Source: a virus | Length of the DNA stretch: 64,000 nt | Strand: one strand, 5' to 3' | IMG/VR virus record: IMGVR_UViG_3300024518_005299 | Location: 67,681-131,680 of that record | In this document: one piece after another, positions 19,041 through 29,950 of the stretch | How the letters are laid out: each line of letters opens with the position of its first letter | Numbering within the stretch: position 1 is the stretch's first letter | Translations under genes and position numbers: made by a program | The notes under the pieces: model-generated | What the model was told of the DNA's origin: nothing | Database searches by the model: none | The model's input: only the letters and a program-made list of their open reading frames with translations

Positions 19041-20043
19041 AGTTCTACTGGCATGTCTTCAAAGCGATTTTGGTCAAGACGGCATTCAAAAGTTTGATGA
19101 TCAGGGTAAGTTTATTAATCCCTCCTGGGAATTCGAAAACGTTTATAAAGAATGGAAGCAATTAGAAGACGAAGGGTTGGTAGAACTGGAGACCTTTTGG
19201 CTAGATAAACAATCTGACGCTGACCGTGATCGATTAGTCAGTCTTGCTAAAGAGGTAGATTTTATCTATCAGGCGCCAGTTACCCACGCCCTAGGCATCC
19301 ATCTTCCTCAAGCTCAAAAAATTATTGAGGGTGGGACGCCCATTGTGAGTTTTCACCCAGACCTTCACTTGCGTTATAAACATCCTTCCGGGGATCGATT
19401 CGTGCATTCTAGGGTAACAGAAGGATACGACACCCATACGATCACTCCCGCTAAACACATGATGCAGCAACTAGAAGATGATGGAGTAAAGGCATGCTGC
19501 ATACCATTCGGGATTCCATCGTCGTGCGACAGGGCGCTAGATGTAGAGCAAATATACGACGTCTCCTTCGTGGGGCAGAAGCATGGTCTACGTGAGCAGG
19601 TTGTCTCCCAGTTGCGCGGAGCTGGCATTCAAGTGCATACCTGGGGTCACTTCTGGCCAGATCACAAGGACCACCATGGGCGTCCTGAGACGTCTGAGAT
19701 GGTGCGCATCTTTAACCAGTCGAAGATCAATCTCAATCTCCGCTGGTGCTCCCGAGACGCTAATTATGGTCAAATTAAGGGGAGGGATATGGAATTAATG
19801 GGGTGCGGTGCTTTTATGTTGGCGTCTCAACATGCTGAGTGTGATGACTTTCACGAGCTATATACACCAGATAAGGAATTCGCTGAGTATCATTTTGTAG
19901 ATGAAATGGTCGAGGGAATCAAATATTGGTTAGATAATGACGTTTCGCGCAATGCTGTAGCTATGAATGCTTATCATAAGCGCAAGGATAATCTTTGGCA
20001 AACTAGACTACGGGGCTTCCTTGCCGATTGGGGTACTTGGTAA
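19027..20043 (+). CDS. CgeB-like GT-B glycosyltransferase
   Basis: YDVSFVG, SKINLN, KGRDMELMGCGAFML. Confidence 0.8.
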   Translation: MKKYKVLLACLQSDFGQDGIQKFDDQGKFINPSWEFENVYKEWKQLEDEGLVELETFWLDKQSDADRDRLVSLAKEVDFIYQAPVTHALGIHLPQAQKIIEGGTPIVSFHPDLHLRYKHPSGDRFVHSRVTEGYDTHTITPAKHMMQQLEDDGVKACCIPFGIPSSCDRALDVEQIYDVSFVGQKHGLREQVVSQLRGAGIQVHTWGHFWPDHKDHHGRPETSEMVRIFNQSKINLNLRWCSRDANYGQIKGRDMELMGCGAFMLASQHAECDDFHELYTPDKEFAEYHFVDEMVEGIKYWLDNDVSRNAVAMNAYHKRKDNLWQTRLRGFLADWGTW

Positions 20044-20756
20044 TGCAAGCTGGTGTTTATAAAATAAAAAATCAAATAAATAATAAGTGCTATATTGGTA
20101 GCGCTATTGATGTTCAAATACGTTGGACTATTCATAAATCTCAACTAGTTAATCAGTGTCATCACTCAATTCATTTACAACGTGCTTGGAATAAGTATGG
20201 AGTAGATACTTTTATATTTGAGATCCTTGAAGAATGTGATCCGAAACAGTGTTTGGTGCGTGAACAGTACTATTTAAATACTTTATTATTTGCTAGTCAT
20301 GATGATAAAAGATTCTATGAATTAGGTTATAATATTTGTCGTCAGGCGGATAACGTTATGGGTGGTCGTAAACATTCTCAAATATCTAAGATGAAAATGT
20401 CTAAGGCTCACAAGGGTAAGAAATTGTCAGAGCAAACAAAGCAAAAAATGAAAAGACGGTTTCAAAATTCTGAGGATCATCCAATGTATGGCAAAACTCA
20501 TACTGATGAAGCCAAGCAAAAAATTAGTGAGGCTGGTCGAGGAAGGATTACCTCCATTAAATGTAGGAAGGCGCTCTCTAATGCTAATCGTGGAGAAGGA
20601 AGCTTTCATAGTAAATTAACGGAGAGATCAGTGAAAGAGATTAAAAAGATGATTGCAGATGGCAAAGGGACCTCTATGATTGCGCGCAAGTATAAGATTT
20701 CACCATCTAGCATTTGCGATATCAAAGCGGGCAGGACGTGGACTTATATAGAATGA
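20043..20756 (+). CDS. GIY-YIG homing endonuclease with NUMOD3 repeats and HTH
   Basis: GVYKIKN...CYIGSA, KHSQISK, HTDEAKQKIS. Confidence 0.85.
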   Translation: MQAGVYKIKNQINNKCYIGSAIDVQIRWTIHKSQLVNQCHHSIHLQRAWNKYGVDTFIFEILEECDPKQCLVREQYYLNTLLFASHDDKRFYELGYNICRQADNVMGGRKHSQISKMKMSKAHKGKKLSEQTKQKMKRRFQNSEDHPMYGKTHTDEAKQKISEAGRGRITSIKCRKALSNANRGEGSFHSKLTERSVKEIKKMIADGKGTSMIARKYKISPSSICDIKAGRTWTYIE

Positions 20757-20775
20757 ATGATTTAAGGAGAAAAAC

Positions 20776-21006
20776 ATGGTAGAACATGCTATAGCGACAG
20801 CTAAGATTCGTGTTGGTGAACTTACAGAGAATGAACTTTATATTGTGATTGATATGCTCACAAAGATATGTGAGCCTTTAGGCATTACGGTCAGCGAGCC
20901 AACTAAGCCGCGCCCAATGTATCGAGACGTAGAAATTATTGGACCTTGGGAGAGGGTTGATCAAATAACAGCCTTGTGTCAAGATTGTGAGGTGATTTAT
21001 GACTGA
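20776..21006 (+). CDS. hypothetical protein
   Basis: Strong aaggag RBS. Confidence 0.6.
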   Translation: MVEHAIATAKIRVGELTENELYIVIDMLTKICEPLGITVSEPTKPRPMYRDVEIIGPWERVDQITALCQDCEVIYD

Positions 21007-21241
21007 AAGAACATTTTTTGGAAAACCCCTTCGCGCTATTAGCTTGGAATATAATCGAGAGACGCTTTCTCTTAAGGAATTCATCGGAGAAATGAAGGAT
21101 GGCTTGGATGGCTTTGAGGAGAATATGGAGCACCTAAGGTGTGACAACCCTGCTTATTTCGCTAATACTTCTCACTATATAGAGCGGTGGATGGAGACAT
21201 TTTTAGCATGGTCCGAAGTAGAGTTTGAGGAGGAAGAATGA
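20999..21241 (+). CDS. hypothetical protein
   Basis: Coupled ORF. Confidence 0.55.
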   Translation: MTERTFFGKPLRAISLEYNRETLSLKEFIGEMKDGLDGFEENMEHLRCDNPAYFANTSHYIERWMETFLAWSEVEFEEEE

Positions 21242-21498
21242 GGAAAATTAAAACAACCGAAGAGTATACCTTAGACGGGCATACTCTAGTTGAACTTATA
21301 GCTAATGCCTTAAAACTTCCTAATGGAACACATGGACAATTTACCATTAATTTTCCTTTATCTTATATTATTGACATTGATGAAGAAGGTTGCATTTCGT
21401 TGTTTCATATCCCTGAATGTAGAGAGGACACGCCTGAACAAGTGGACTTAAGCAAGATGCGAGTTTTTGTCTCGACAGAGAAGGTGGAGTATGAATAA
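21238..21498 (+). CDS. hypothetical protein
   Basis: Coupled ORF with gaggag RBS. Confidence 0.55.
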   Translation: MRKIKTTEEYTLDGHTLVELIANALKLPNGTHGQFTINFPLSYIIDIDEEGCISLFHIPECREDTPEQVDLSKMRVFVSTEKVEYE

Positions 21499-21527
21499 AA
21501 TAAAAATAACATGTAGGGTGATTTACA

Positions 21528-22256
21528 ATGACTAAAATTACGGTTGTAACGTATGTGCATGAAGCGCACAAAAAATGGATCCCATTTTGGGCTGAGCAAA
21601 TTGGTCAACAAGAGTTTCAAGATTTTGAAATTCTATTTATTGCTCATAATTGGGGCCAAGAATCAAAAGATCAGGCTATGAGTAATCTTGAATACTTTAC
21701 CGAAGTAGTTAATGGTTGTGCTATTTTCGATCTACCTCACTTAGTTCGATTCGAATCTTATTGGAGCGCGCCAGTTATTGGTGAAGTAATCGATGAGGGT
21801 TGTAGATTGGTTGAGACGGAATACTTCGCTCATTGGGACATCGATGACATTATTCATCCTAAGCGTCTCCTACTACAATCTCAATTTCTAGATGCTAATC
21901 CTAATGTCGACTTCTTAGGCACCAGAATGGTTGGATTCACTGGCGAACCTGTTCCTGAAATGTTCGAGCTAGACTATATTGAGCCTAATGAACCTAATCT
22001 AGATGCGACAGAGCACGATCAAATAAGGCATTGTCTTTTAAATAAGAATCAGAATTGTTTGGGTCATACGACTCTTGTGTATCGTCCTAGAGACTTGCAA
22101 GCCCTCGGGGGCTTCTCGCGATCAGACGTTAAGCTAGACGGTAAGTCGCCAGACTTCGAAACCTGGAAAAAGGCTATTATGGCAGGCTTCACGTTTCATA
22201 GGTTACCAGAGCTTTGTGCGCTCTGGAGGCTGGACAGCTCCTCGATCAGGTTGTAA
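21528..22256 (+). CDS. GT2-family glycosyltransferase
   Basis: AHWDIDDIIHPKRL, QFLDANPNVDFLG, HTTLVYR, DFETW. Confidence 0.75.
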   Translation: MTKITVVTYVHEAHKKWIPFWAEQIGQQEFQDFEILFIAHNWGQESKDQAMSNLEYFTEVVNGCAIFDLPHLVRFESYWSAPVIGEVIDEGCRLVETEYFAHWDIDDIIHPKRLLLQSQFLDANPNVDFLGTRMVGFTGEPVPEMFELDYIEPNEPNLDATEHDQIRHCLLNKNQNCLGHTTLVYRPRDLQALGGFSRSDVKLDGKSPDFETWKKAIMAGFTFHRLPELCALWRLDSSSIRL

Positions 22257-22293
22257 GCTAATATTTACAAAAACCACGCACGAATTCGTTATA

Positions 22294-22307
22294 TCACCAC
22301 ATAATAG
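22294..22307 (+). promoter_or_regulatory. Motif B copy (tcaccacataatag)
   Basis: Intergenic, upstream of the ggagg RBS of 22323. Confidence 0.35.
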
Positions 22308-22322
22308 GGTAGGAGGTGCCTG

Positions 22323-22679
22323 ATGTTTGGATCAAAGAAGACAGAAGAACTGCATGGATTATTTGCTAGCATGATCAAACGGATTGATCGTTTGGACAAC
22401 AATGGCAACGCGATAAGGGATCGAATTAGAGACCTTGAGACTCAAAATGACGTGCTACGCGTCAGAATTGAGCAATTAGAAAAGAAGCAGGAGCAGTTAC
22501 GTGGCGGTCTTAAGGGGTTGGTTTACGACGAGCCTTTTACCCTACCTATAGAATTTGTCTCCACAGCAGTTGATGTGCCAATAGTTGACCATGTCCACGT
22601 TAATAATGACCTCGCTGGGTGCCATCCGGAAGAATGCATCTATTGTCATCGGGAGTTGAATACGCATAATAATGACTAA
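22323..22679 (+). CDS. coiled-coil hypothetical protein with C-terminal His/Cys cluster
   Basis: Heptad region, then CHPEECIYCH. Confidence 0.6.
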   Translation: MFGSKKTEELHGLFASMIKRIDRLDNNGNAIRDRIRDLETQNDVLRVRIEQLEKKQEQLRGGLKGLVYDEPFTLPIEFVSTAVDVPIVDHVHVNNDLAGCHPEECIYCHRELNTHNND

Positions 22680-23541
22680 AACCATAGGAATTATAGCCTG
22701 GGGCGCGCAAGCTGATGTGTTATATGCCACGCCTATTGTGCGGCATATCAGGGATAAGTTCCCAGATGCACACATTACTTGGCTAGTGCGTGATAAGTTC
22801 GCCGAGGTGATTGAAACCAATCCATATATTGATAAGGTAAAAACTTTTACCTTACCGAAGGGGCATGCTAATAGGCAGGATGCAGAGTATGTGATGGATA
22901 AAACCATTCGAGAATTTGCATCTAGAACATATAGCAGGGTATTTGACCTCCAATATTGGCCCACATTTAGTAATTTTTATGAACGCCCAACAGAAGATTT
23001 TATATCTTTAAGGGCACGAAATGCAGGGTTGGATCCGGCAGAGATTAATGATCGTAGCGTTGTACTTGAACACACTTGTGAGGATGTGGCGCGGACGACT
23101 AGATTTTATCTAGATCATTTAGATGGAACTGAAGGATTTATTACTGTGAATCATATTAGCTATGCAGCAAGTCCTGTATGGTCATTTCAAAACTATAGTG
23201 ATCTAGTTGATATGCTGGATCATGAGTATAATGTAATGTCAGTATTCACAGGTGCTCCGAATGAGCCGATCCCCGAAGGTTGTATTGATGCGCGCGGCAT
23301 GCCATATCGTCAGTGGGCGTCACTCATCTCAATGAGTGACCTGTGGTTGGGGTTGGATTCCGGCGCGGTCGCTTTAGCTTGTGCTAGCGATGTGCCTATT
23401 ATTAAGTTACACAGTAAAGATTTTCCATTAGCCAAGACAGGGATCAAAGCTATGGGGTTACGTCAAGAGAATGTATTAGAGCTTTATCCTGCACCTAGTG
23501 TAGAAAGAATGGCTGAGTTAATTATAGAGAACATGCAATGA
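22672..23541 (+). CDS. GT9 (heptosyltransferase-like) glycosyltransferase
   Basis: ADVLYATP, PDAHITWLV, NPYID, LGLDSGAVALA. Confidence 0.8.
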   Translation: MTKTIGIIAWGAQADVLYATPIVRHIRDKFPDAHITWLVRDKFAEVIETNPYIDKVKTFTLPKGHANRQDAEYVMDKTIREFASRTYSRVFDLQYWPTFSNFYERPTEDFISLRARNAGLDPAEINDRSVVLEHTCEDVARTTRFYLDHLDGTEGFITVNHISYAASPVWSFQNYSDLVDMLDHEYNVMSVFTGAPNEPIPEGCIDARGMPYRQWASLISMSDLWLGLDSGAVALACASDVPIIKLHSKDFPLAKTGIKAMGLRQENVLELYPAPSVERMAELIIENMQ

Positions 23542-23795
23542 AACAATATCTTTTATTTCTAGGTGAAAATTATTATCCATATGGTGGTTGGAAAGATTTT
23601 CATGGAGAGTTTGATTCCGTAAAAGAAGCCAAACAATTTGTGGCTGATAATCCTACGTTTGAGGACAATGGTCATCGGGCTAAGATGAGCTGGGCTCAGA
23701 TTGTTGATACTACTATCAATAAAATAGTTTCAGTATATAAATGGCGATGGAATGAATCCAAACTACATAATGAACCTGGGTGGAAAGAAGAATAA
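23538..23795 (+). CDS. hypothetical phage protein
   Basis: YYPYGGWKDF motif; coupled ORF. Confidence 0.55.
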   Translation: MKQYLLFLGENYYPYGGWKDFHGEFDSVKEAKQFVADNPTFEDNGHRAKMSWAQIVDTTINKIVSVYKWRWNESKLHNEPGWKEE

Positions 23796-24964
23796 TGAAG
23801 AGTGCTAGCAATTTACGTGAATTAAATCAAAATGCTATATATCAAATAATCAATACAACAAATAATAAATGTTATATAGGCAGCACTGAGAGATTAGCTT
23901 TAAGATTTAATGAACATATTTCCTTATTAAGGCGCGGCCAACATCATTCAGTGAAATTGCAAAGAACCTGGGACAAGCATAATGCTGATGTTTTTCAATT
24001 CTTAGTATTAGAGCATCCTGCAGCTCATTGTCTAGTAGATCGAGAACAATATTATCTTGATACAGTTTTATTTGCTAGTTGTAATGATCAAAGATTTCAA
24101 GATTTGGGATATAATTGTCGTCGTAGAGCAGAAAGCAATCGAGGTTTTAAATGGAGTGAAGAATCAAAGAAAAAACTTTCAGAGGCTCTAAAGGGCAAGA
24201 TTGTTGGCGTAAATCATCCAATGGCTAGATTAAATGATAATATTATAAAAGATATTTTATTGACATATTTAAAATCAGATTTAACTAATGTGCAAATTGC
24301 TCAAGATTTTGGTGTTTCAAAAACTAATATTAATGACATCATAAGGGGTAAGATCTGGTCCCATATCCAATTAGACAATGTATATGATCAAGATAAATTA
24401 ATTGAACTTCGATCTGAGTTACAAAGATTAAGTGATACTAAAATGATTGGTAGAGGTATTCATCATGGCATGTCAAAATGGACAGAAAATGATATTATGG
24501 AAATACGTCGATTAGTTAAAAGTGGCGTCACACAAACTGCGGTTGCTGAAAAATATGGCATTAAGCAAGGTTGTGTTTCAAATATAGTTAATCATAAAAT
24601 TTGGAAACATTTAGATTGGTTGCAACAAGGTTTATATGAATGGATCCGTTCTGATGAATTTCAAGCTAAGGCTAAACAGGGTGTGGATGTTGAATTTGGC
24701 GTATCAACAGTTTATTTGATGGAACGTTTATTAATATCTCATGTTCGTGTCTGGCATTTAGAAGATAAAATCAGATTGACTGATGATGATGGAGAGCGTA
24801 GTGAGCTTAAACGTCAAATAGATTATATAAATTCTAAGGTTCGTCCTAGGTTAATATGCGCCATAGAAGATAGCTTAATCAAAGCATATGCTGAACAGGA
24901 TATGACTATTATCAGTGATGGCAATCTTAAACATTATGGTAAAGAGTTTGAAGAAGGACTATAA
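23795..24964 (+). CDS. GIY-YIG endonuclease fused in frame to a C-terminal helical (DUF4254-like) domain
   Basis: AIYQI...CYIGS, two HTH modules, then LLISHVRVWHLEDKIR...KRQIDYIN..R. Confidence 0.75.
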   Translation: MKSASNLRELNQNAIYQIINTTNNKCYIGSTERLALRFNEHISLLRRGQHHSVKLQRTWDKHNADVFQFLVLEHPAAHCLVDREQYYLDTVLFASCNDQRFQDLGYNCRRRAESNRGFKWSEESKKKLSEALKGKIVGVNHPMARLNDNIIKDILLTYLKSDLTNVQIAQDFGVSKTNINDIIRGKIWSHIQLDNVYDQDKLIELRSELQRLSDTKMIGRGIHHGMSKWTENDIMEIRRLVKSGVTQTAVAEKYGIKQGCVSNIVNHKIWKHLDWLQQGLYEWIRSDEFQAKAKQGVDVEFGVSTVYLMERLLISHVRVWHLEDKIRLTDDDGERSELKRQIDYINSKVRPRLICAIEDSLIKAYAEQDMTIISDGNLKHYGKEFEEGL

Positions 24965-24970
24965 AGCACG

Positions 24971-25294
24971 ATGAAAAATTTTGAAGATAAAATGAATGTT
25001 TTGGCCGGTCAATATAGTGGACCAGTAGAATTGGAAATTGATGACAAAATTTTTGATTATACAATCAACATATTCTATGATTATACAGTACCCGAAGATG
25101 CCTTTGGTTTTATTGGATGGGCAGAAGGTTTACAAAAATATCAATTACCTAAATTTGGCAGCGCAGTAGATTCAATGAATAATAATGCTAATGCTGTTGG
25201 CGCTGGCGTATCTAAGGAACATATTGCCGAGCATATGATCCAAAAAATAAGAGATTCAATTCAACAAAAAGTCAGGGAGAGCGTGAAAGTTTAA
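24971..25294 (+). CDS. hypothetical protein
   Basis: 107 aa ORF. Confidence 0.6.
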   Translation: MKNFEDKMNVLAGQYSGPVELEIDDKIFDYTINIFYDYTVPEDAFGFIGWAEGLQKYQLPKFGSAVDSMNNNANAVGAGVSKEHIAEHMIQKIRDSIQQKVRESVKV

Positions 25295-25297
25295 GGA

Positions 25298-26008
25298 TTG
25301 TCAGACAAGATGAATATGCCACTTCCCAAATATAAACATGGTGTTTATTTAATACGCAATATTATTAGCAACGATCCTCATGCTTGCTATATTGGTAGCG
25401 CCTCTGGTCATGGCTTCAAAAGTCGTTGGGGCGACCATGTGCGAGACGCTAAGAATCAAAAACATCATTCAATAATATTTCAACGAGCATGGAATAAGTA
25501 TGGTAGAGATGCGTTTATGTTTGAAGTTTTGCTTTATTGTGATCCAGAGCATTGTATAATGTATGAACAATTAAGTATGGATCATTATCAACCCAAGTAT
25601 AATATTTGCAAGATTGCCGGTAGTAGTCTTGGCGTAAAAAGATCTGAAGAATGTAAAAGAAAAATCAGTGAATCAAAAAAGGGTAATAAAAATTCTTTAG
25701 GTATAAAACCATCAGAAGATACAAAAAGAAAAATTAGCTCGTCTTTAAAAGGCAGATTTGGTAAAGAGAAACATCCTATGTGGGGCAAATCTCATTCAGA
25801 AGAATCTCGAAGGAAAATAGCTATAGCTAAAACTGGTTTGAAGGGTGAAAGCGCTGGCAATAGCAAGCTTACCATTAAGCAAGTTAGAGAAATTAGACAA
25901 ATGATAAATGATGGCATGAGACGTATTGATATAGCATCAAAATTTGGCGTATCTCCTGTAACTATTGGAGATATTAAATCTGGAAAAAGTTGGAATGGTG
26001 TCATATGA
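25298..26008 (+). CDS. GIY-YIG homing endonuclease with NUMOD3 repeats (start may be ATG 25310)
   Basis: GVYLIRN...CYIGSA, RSEECKRKIS, HSEESRRKIA. Confidence 0.85.
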   Translation: MSDKMNMPLPKYKHGVYLIRNIISNDPHACYIGSASGHGFKSRWGDHVRDAKNQKHHSIIFQRAWNKYGRDAFMFEVLLYCDPEHCIMYEQLSMDHYQPKYNICKIAGSSLGVKRSEECKRKISESKKGNKNSLGIKPSEDTKRKISSSLKGRFGKEKHPMWGKSHSEESRRKIAIAKTGLKGESAGNSKLTIKQVREIRQMINDGMRRIDIASKFGVSPVTIGDIKSGKSWNGVI

Positions 26009-27180
26009 GTAAGCGATATTCGTTAGGGTCAACTAGTATTGGTGAACTAGAAAAGAAATACGTCAATGAAGTTCTAGATGAAAACTACGTAAGCCCAGGC
26101 CCTGTAGTTAAACATGTAGAAGAAGAATGCGCAAGGCTCCATGGTATGAAGCATGGATTGGCGCTAAACTCTGGTCAGGCAGCTATTCATGTGGCTATTC
26201 AGGCTATCGTAGAGACCAAACTTAAGTCTGGTAAGGAAAAACCATTGGTGGCTGTGCCCGCCTGTACCTATATCTCTACTCTAGCTGCCGCTGTTCTTGC
26301 TGGCTGTGATCTTATTCTAGTTGATGTAGAAGAAGACACTGGCAATATGTGTCCTAATCAATTAAAGGAAACCTTAGAGCGTCATAAAAAACAAGGTGAT
26401 CCTATCGATATTGTGATCCCGGTGCATCTTTATGGTCGGGCGTGTAACCCACGGATTTTTACCATTTGTGAAGAGTTTGGCGTATGGGTAGTGGAGGATG
26501 CTTGTGAGTCGACTTTCGCACTAGGTATTGGCAAAGGTCATATTCTTACAACCTCCTTCTTTTCGAATCACTTGATTTCTGCTGGTGGCGGAGGGGTTAT
26601 AATGACCAACGATTCGCAACTAGATGAGTATTGTTGGAAGTTAATCAATCACGGGCGTAGTGCTCGCTTTGGCAATAATGATATCCATCAGATTGCGGAT
26701 AAGTTTTGCTTCGATATATTTGGTCATTCGATGAAGTGGTCTGACCTACCCGCCGCGCTTGCTAAGGCGCAAATAGAAAGAAAAAATGAGTTATATGGGA
26801 TTCGTCGTAGAAATGCTAAAGAATTAATTGCTATTCTGGAAGATTGGAAAGATTATATTATACTTCCATTATTAGATGATCATACTTTTATGATGTTTAT
26901 GATCACTCTTCAAGAACCATTAGATGTAAATAATGTTATTCGATATCTCAATGACAATAGTATTGAGGTTAGAAGAGCTATGCCAATTACAAATCAAAAA
27001 GTGGTTAGAGAATATTTTGGCAATAATGATCTAGTAAAGGAATTCCCAGTTGCAGATTTTCTTAATCGACAATCGTTTTATATTGGTGTTCATCCGGAGT
27101 TATCGTTGGACGATATACAAGATATGGGTAGTACTGTTTCTGAAGCTCTCAGGGGAGAAATTAATAGAGTAGAAGCGTAA
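26005..27180 (+). CDS. DegT-family PLP enzyme with His at the catalytic Lys position (ColD-like sugar 3-dehydratase candidate)
   Basis: [20 protein letters not shown]; His aligns with Lys in SFQAIKHL of 13863. Confidence 0.75.
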   Translation: MSKRYSLGSTSIGELEKKYVNEVLDENYVSPGPVVKHVEEECARLHGMKHGLALNSGQAAIHVAIQAIVETKLKSGKEKPLVAVPACTYISTLAAAVLAGCDLILVDVEEDTGNMCPNQLKETLERHKKQGDPIDIVIPVHLYGRACNPRIFTICEEFGVWVVEDACESTFALGIGKGHILTTSFFSNHLISAGGGGVIMTNDSQLDEYCWKLINHGRSARFGNNDIHQIADKFCFDIFGHSMKWSDLPAALAKAQIERKNELYGIRRRNAKELIAILEDWKDYIILPLLDDHTFMMFMITLQEPLDVNNVIRYLNDNSIEVRRAMPITNQKVVREYFGNNDLVKEFPVADFLNRQSFYIGVHPELSLDDIQDMGSTVSEALRGEINRVEA

Positions 27181-27827
27181 TGGGAAAATTCATAGATCTG
27201 ACAGGAGAGATATTTAGCAGGTTAACTGTTTTGCGTTATGTCAGTAATAATACATGGGGTAATGCTCAATTTTTATGTGAATGTAGCTGTCTCGCTAAAA
27301 CACAAGTAGTAGTTACTGGATGCAACTTGCGTTCTGGCAATACCAAATCTTGTGGATGTTTACAAAAAGAAGCAAGAGTGAAATTTACATACATGCATAC
27401 AACACATGGTGCTAGTAAAAATGGATATCATACTAAAGAATATAGATGTTGGCGACGTATTAAAGAAAGGTGTTATAATCCAAATCATGAACATTACGAG
27501 CATTATGGAGATAGGGGTATTACTATGTGCTCAGAATGGCTTAATTCTTACTCCACCTTTTTAAAAGACGTAGGCGAGGCGCCAACTCCTAAGCATTCCA
27601 TTGACCGCATTAATACCAATGGTAATTATGAACCTGGTAATTGTAGATGGGCCACTCCAACGGAACAGGCTAATAATAAAAGAAATAATTTAGTGATAGA
27701 GGATAAGACTTTGGCTCAAATTTGTAAAGAAAAAGACTTACCATATGCTTCTATTCATGCTAGAATTAAAAAACTCAATTGGTCAATTGAAGAGGCAATC
27801 AATACACCCATAGGACAAAAACGATGA
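27180..27827 (+). CDS. HNH homing endonuclease, paralogue of 4003
   Basis: [39 protein letters not shown]. Confidence 0.85.
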   Translation: MGKFIDLTGEIFSRLTVLRYVSNNTWGNAQFLCECSCLAKTQVVVTGCNLRSGNTKSCGCLQKEARVKFTYMHTTHGASKNGYHTKEYRCWRRIKERCYNPNHEHYEHYGDRGITMCSEWLNSYSTFLKDVGEAPTPKHSIDRINTNGNYEPGNCRWATPTEQANNKRNNLVIEDKTLAQICKEKDLPYASIHARIKKLNWSIEEAINTPIGQKR

Positions 27828-29950
27828 TTTATGATAATTCAACTATTCTGATCACTGGAGCTGGGGGGTTCCTCGGTCATCATACAGTTAAAGCGTTTAA
27901 AGAGTATAAAAACGGTGGGACTAATGGTGCTCGTAAGGGTATAAAAATTTTGATGCCAACACATAATGAATTAGATCTTTTAGAAGAAGATGACATTTCT
28001 TGTTATATGACAGAACATCAACCTGATATCGTTATTCATCTAGCTGCTATATGTGGTGGGATCGGAGCTAATAGGGAAAGACCAGGAGAGTTTTTGTATA
28101 ATAACCTTATAATGACTACGAACTTGATTGAATGGTGTGCCCGTCTAACTCGTAATCAGGATGGTCCTACTATTCATAAGTTTGTTGGTGTTGGTACTGT
28201 GTGCTTTACATCTGATGCATTTATCAAAACTGGGAATAGTTATACTACTATTGATAACATTTCTTTAGATCATAAAGTTAGTAGTAGAAATTTTGCCGAT
28301 TGTTCTGTAGTCGACATTTTTGAAAGACAATATTCAGGTAATTTATATCATATTAGACCATATGGGGCGGAAACGTTGACGGTTACTTCCGAGCATCCAT
28401 TTTTAGTTCTTAGGAATCAAAATGAAATATGGGTTGAAGCACAAGATATAGTGGATACTGATAGATTAGTCATACCTATTTATAAACCGACTAAAAGATC
28501 GACAGTTGTACGGATTCCTCAATTCGAATGTAAATATCCGGTTGCTAATCTAAAAAATACTCATCCGTATCATTTACCATCTGAGTTAGTTGTTGATAAA
28601 AATATTGCTCGACTATTTGGATGGTTCCTAGCAGAAGGATGTACTAATAAACAAGGTATTAACTTATATTTTGGTGATGAGCCAGATCAAATTCGGGATA
28701 TTGCCGACATTACTCATCAATTAGGTTTTAGTTCTCAACCAAAAAATATTCCAAACCAAAAGGGATCACGTTTAGATGTTAATAGCTACCAATTGAGAGA
28801 TTTTTGTCGTCAACATTTTTATACAAGTCAAGAAATTCATCGCTCCCACACTAAGAAAATTCCTGATTTTGTTTTCAGTTTACCAGATCAGCTACAGTTA
28901 GTCTTTCTGAGAAGTTTTATAGATGGAGATGGCCATATTGAGTATGATTCTCGTAATCAAAAATTGAAATCAATACAAATTACTACCACATCTAGGTGCT
29001 TAGCATACCAGATAAGAGATATCATGTTACATTATGGCATATTTGGTAATATTCATCATAGATCAGCTCCAGGAATAGCTAAAATTTGTGGACGTTACGT
29101 TAATGCCCGTGAATCGTGGGTAGTTAAATGGACCGGACAAAATCTTACGAAGCTTTCAACATTGATATATCCAGAATTAGATGATCAAACAGCTAGGAAA
29201 AGTAGATGGGACGTTGTTGTTTGTGAAAATAGAGCGTATGTACCCATCTACCCTATTACTACTAGTCAATCTACTCTGAGTGTTTATAATTTTGGAACCG
29301 TTGACGAAACCTATACTGCTAACGGTGTTGTAGTTCATAATTGTAGTTATCCTAAACACACTCCTATTCCCTTTCGGGAAGAAAACCTATATAATGGGTA
29401 TCCAGAGGAGACAAACGCACCGTACGGGATAGCAAAACGAGTGCAACTAGAGATGTTAAAAGCATATCGCGCCCAATATGGGTTTAATGGCATCTATTTA
29501 ATACCAGTAAATATGTGTGGCGAGTGGGATAATTTTGATGACTCTAGTAGCCATGTTATCCCTGCTATGCTTAAGAAGTTCCATCGTGCTAAGATGGAGA
29601 ACGCATCTAGTGTCACATTATGGGGTGATGGTTCAGCATCAAGAGAATTTTTATACGCAGGGGACTGCGCCGATGCTATTTTAAGAGCCACTTTACTATA
29701 TGATGACTCTGAGCCAGTTAATATAGGCACAGGTAATGAAGTCACCATCAAGGAACTTGCTGAAAAAGTAAGAAAAGTAGTGGGATATGAGGGGGTAATC
29801 CTGTGGGATATTAGTAAACCTAACGGGCAGCCTCGACGTTGCCTAGACACTAGTCGTGCTCGCGTTGGCTTTGGTTTTACTGCTAAAACCCCCTTGGATG
29901 ACATGCTAGATCGTAGTTATACGTGGGCGCAGGAGAATGGAGTATTATGA
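27824..29950 (+). CDS. fcl: GDP-L-fucose synthase / ColC-like epimerase-reductase, intein-containing
   Basis: [19 protein letters not shown]; spliced GTV-CSYPK; [29 protein letters not shown]. Confidence 0.9.
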   Translation: MIYDNSTILITGAGGFLGHHTVKAFKEYKNGGTNGARKGIKILMPTHNELDLLEEDDISCYMTEHQPDIVIHLAAICGGIGANRERPGEFLYNNLIMTTNLIEWCARLTRNQDGPTIHKFVGVGTVCFTSDAFIKTGNSYTTIDNISLDHKVSSRNFADCSVVDIFERQYSGNLYHIRPYGAETLTVTSEHPFLVLRNQNEIWVEAQDIVDTDRLVIPIYKPTKRSTVVRIPQFECKYPVANLKNTHPYHLPSELVVDKNIARLFGWFLAEGCTNKQGINLYFGDEPDQIRDIADITHQLGFSSQPKNIPNQKGSRLDVNSYQLRDFCRQHFYTSQEIHRSHTKKIPDFVFSLPDQLQLVFLRSFIDGDGHIEYDSRNQKLKSIQITTTSRCLAYQIRDIMLHYGIFGNIHHRSAPGIAKICGRYVNARESWVVKWTGQNLTKLSTLIYPELDDQTARKSRWDVVVCENRAYVPIYPITTSQSTLSVYNFGTVDETYTANGVVVHNCSYPKHTPIPFREENLYNGYPEETNAPYGIAKRVQLEMLKAYRAQYGFNGIYLIPVNMCGEWDNFDDSSSHVIPAMLKKFHRAKMENASSVTLWGDGSASREFLYAGDCADAILRATLLYDDSEPVNIGTGNEVTIKELAEKVRKVVGYEGVILWDISKPNGQPRRCLDTSRARVGFGFTAKTPLDDMLDRSYTWAQENGVL
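28202..29341 (+). mobile_element. Intein (380 aa) with LAGLIDADG endonuclease in fcl
   Basis: Starts CFTSDAFI; VTSEHPF; [19 protein letters not shown]; ends VVHN before Cys+1. Confidence 0.92.

Noticed and set aside
24560-24660. Group I intron or intein explaining the GIY-YIG fusion
   Set aside because: No recognisable P-Q-R-S core or intein terminal residues.
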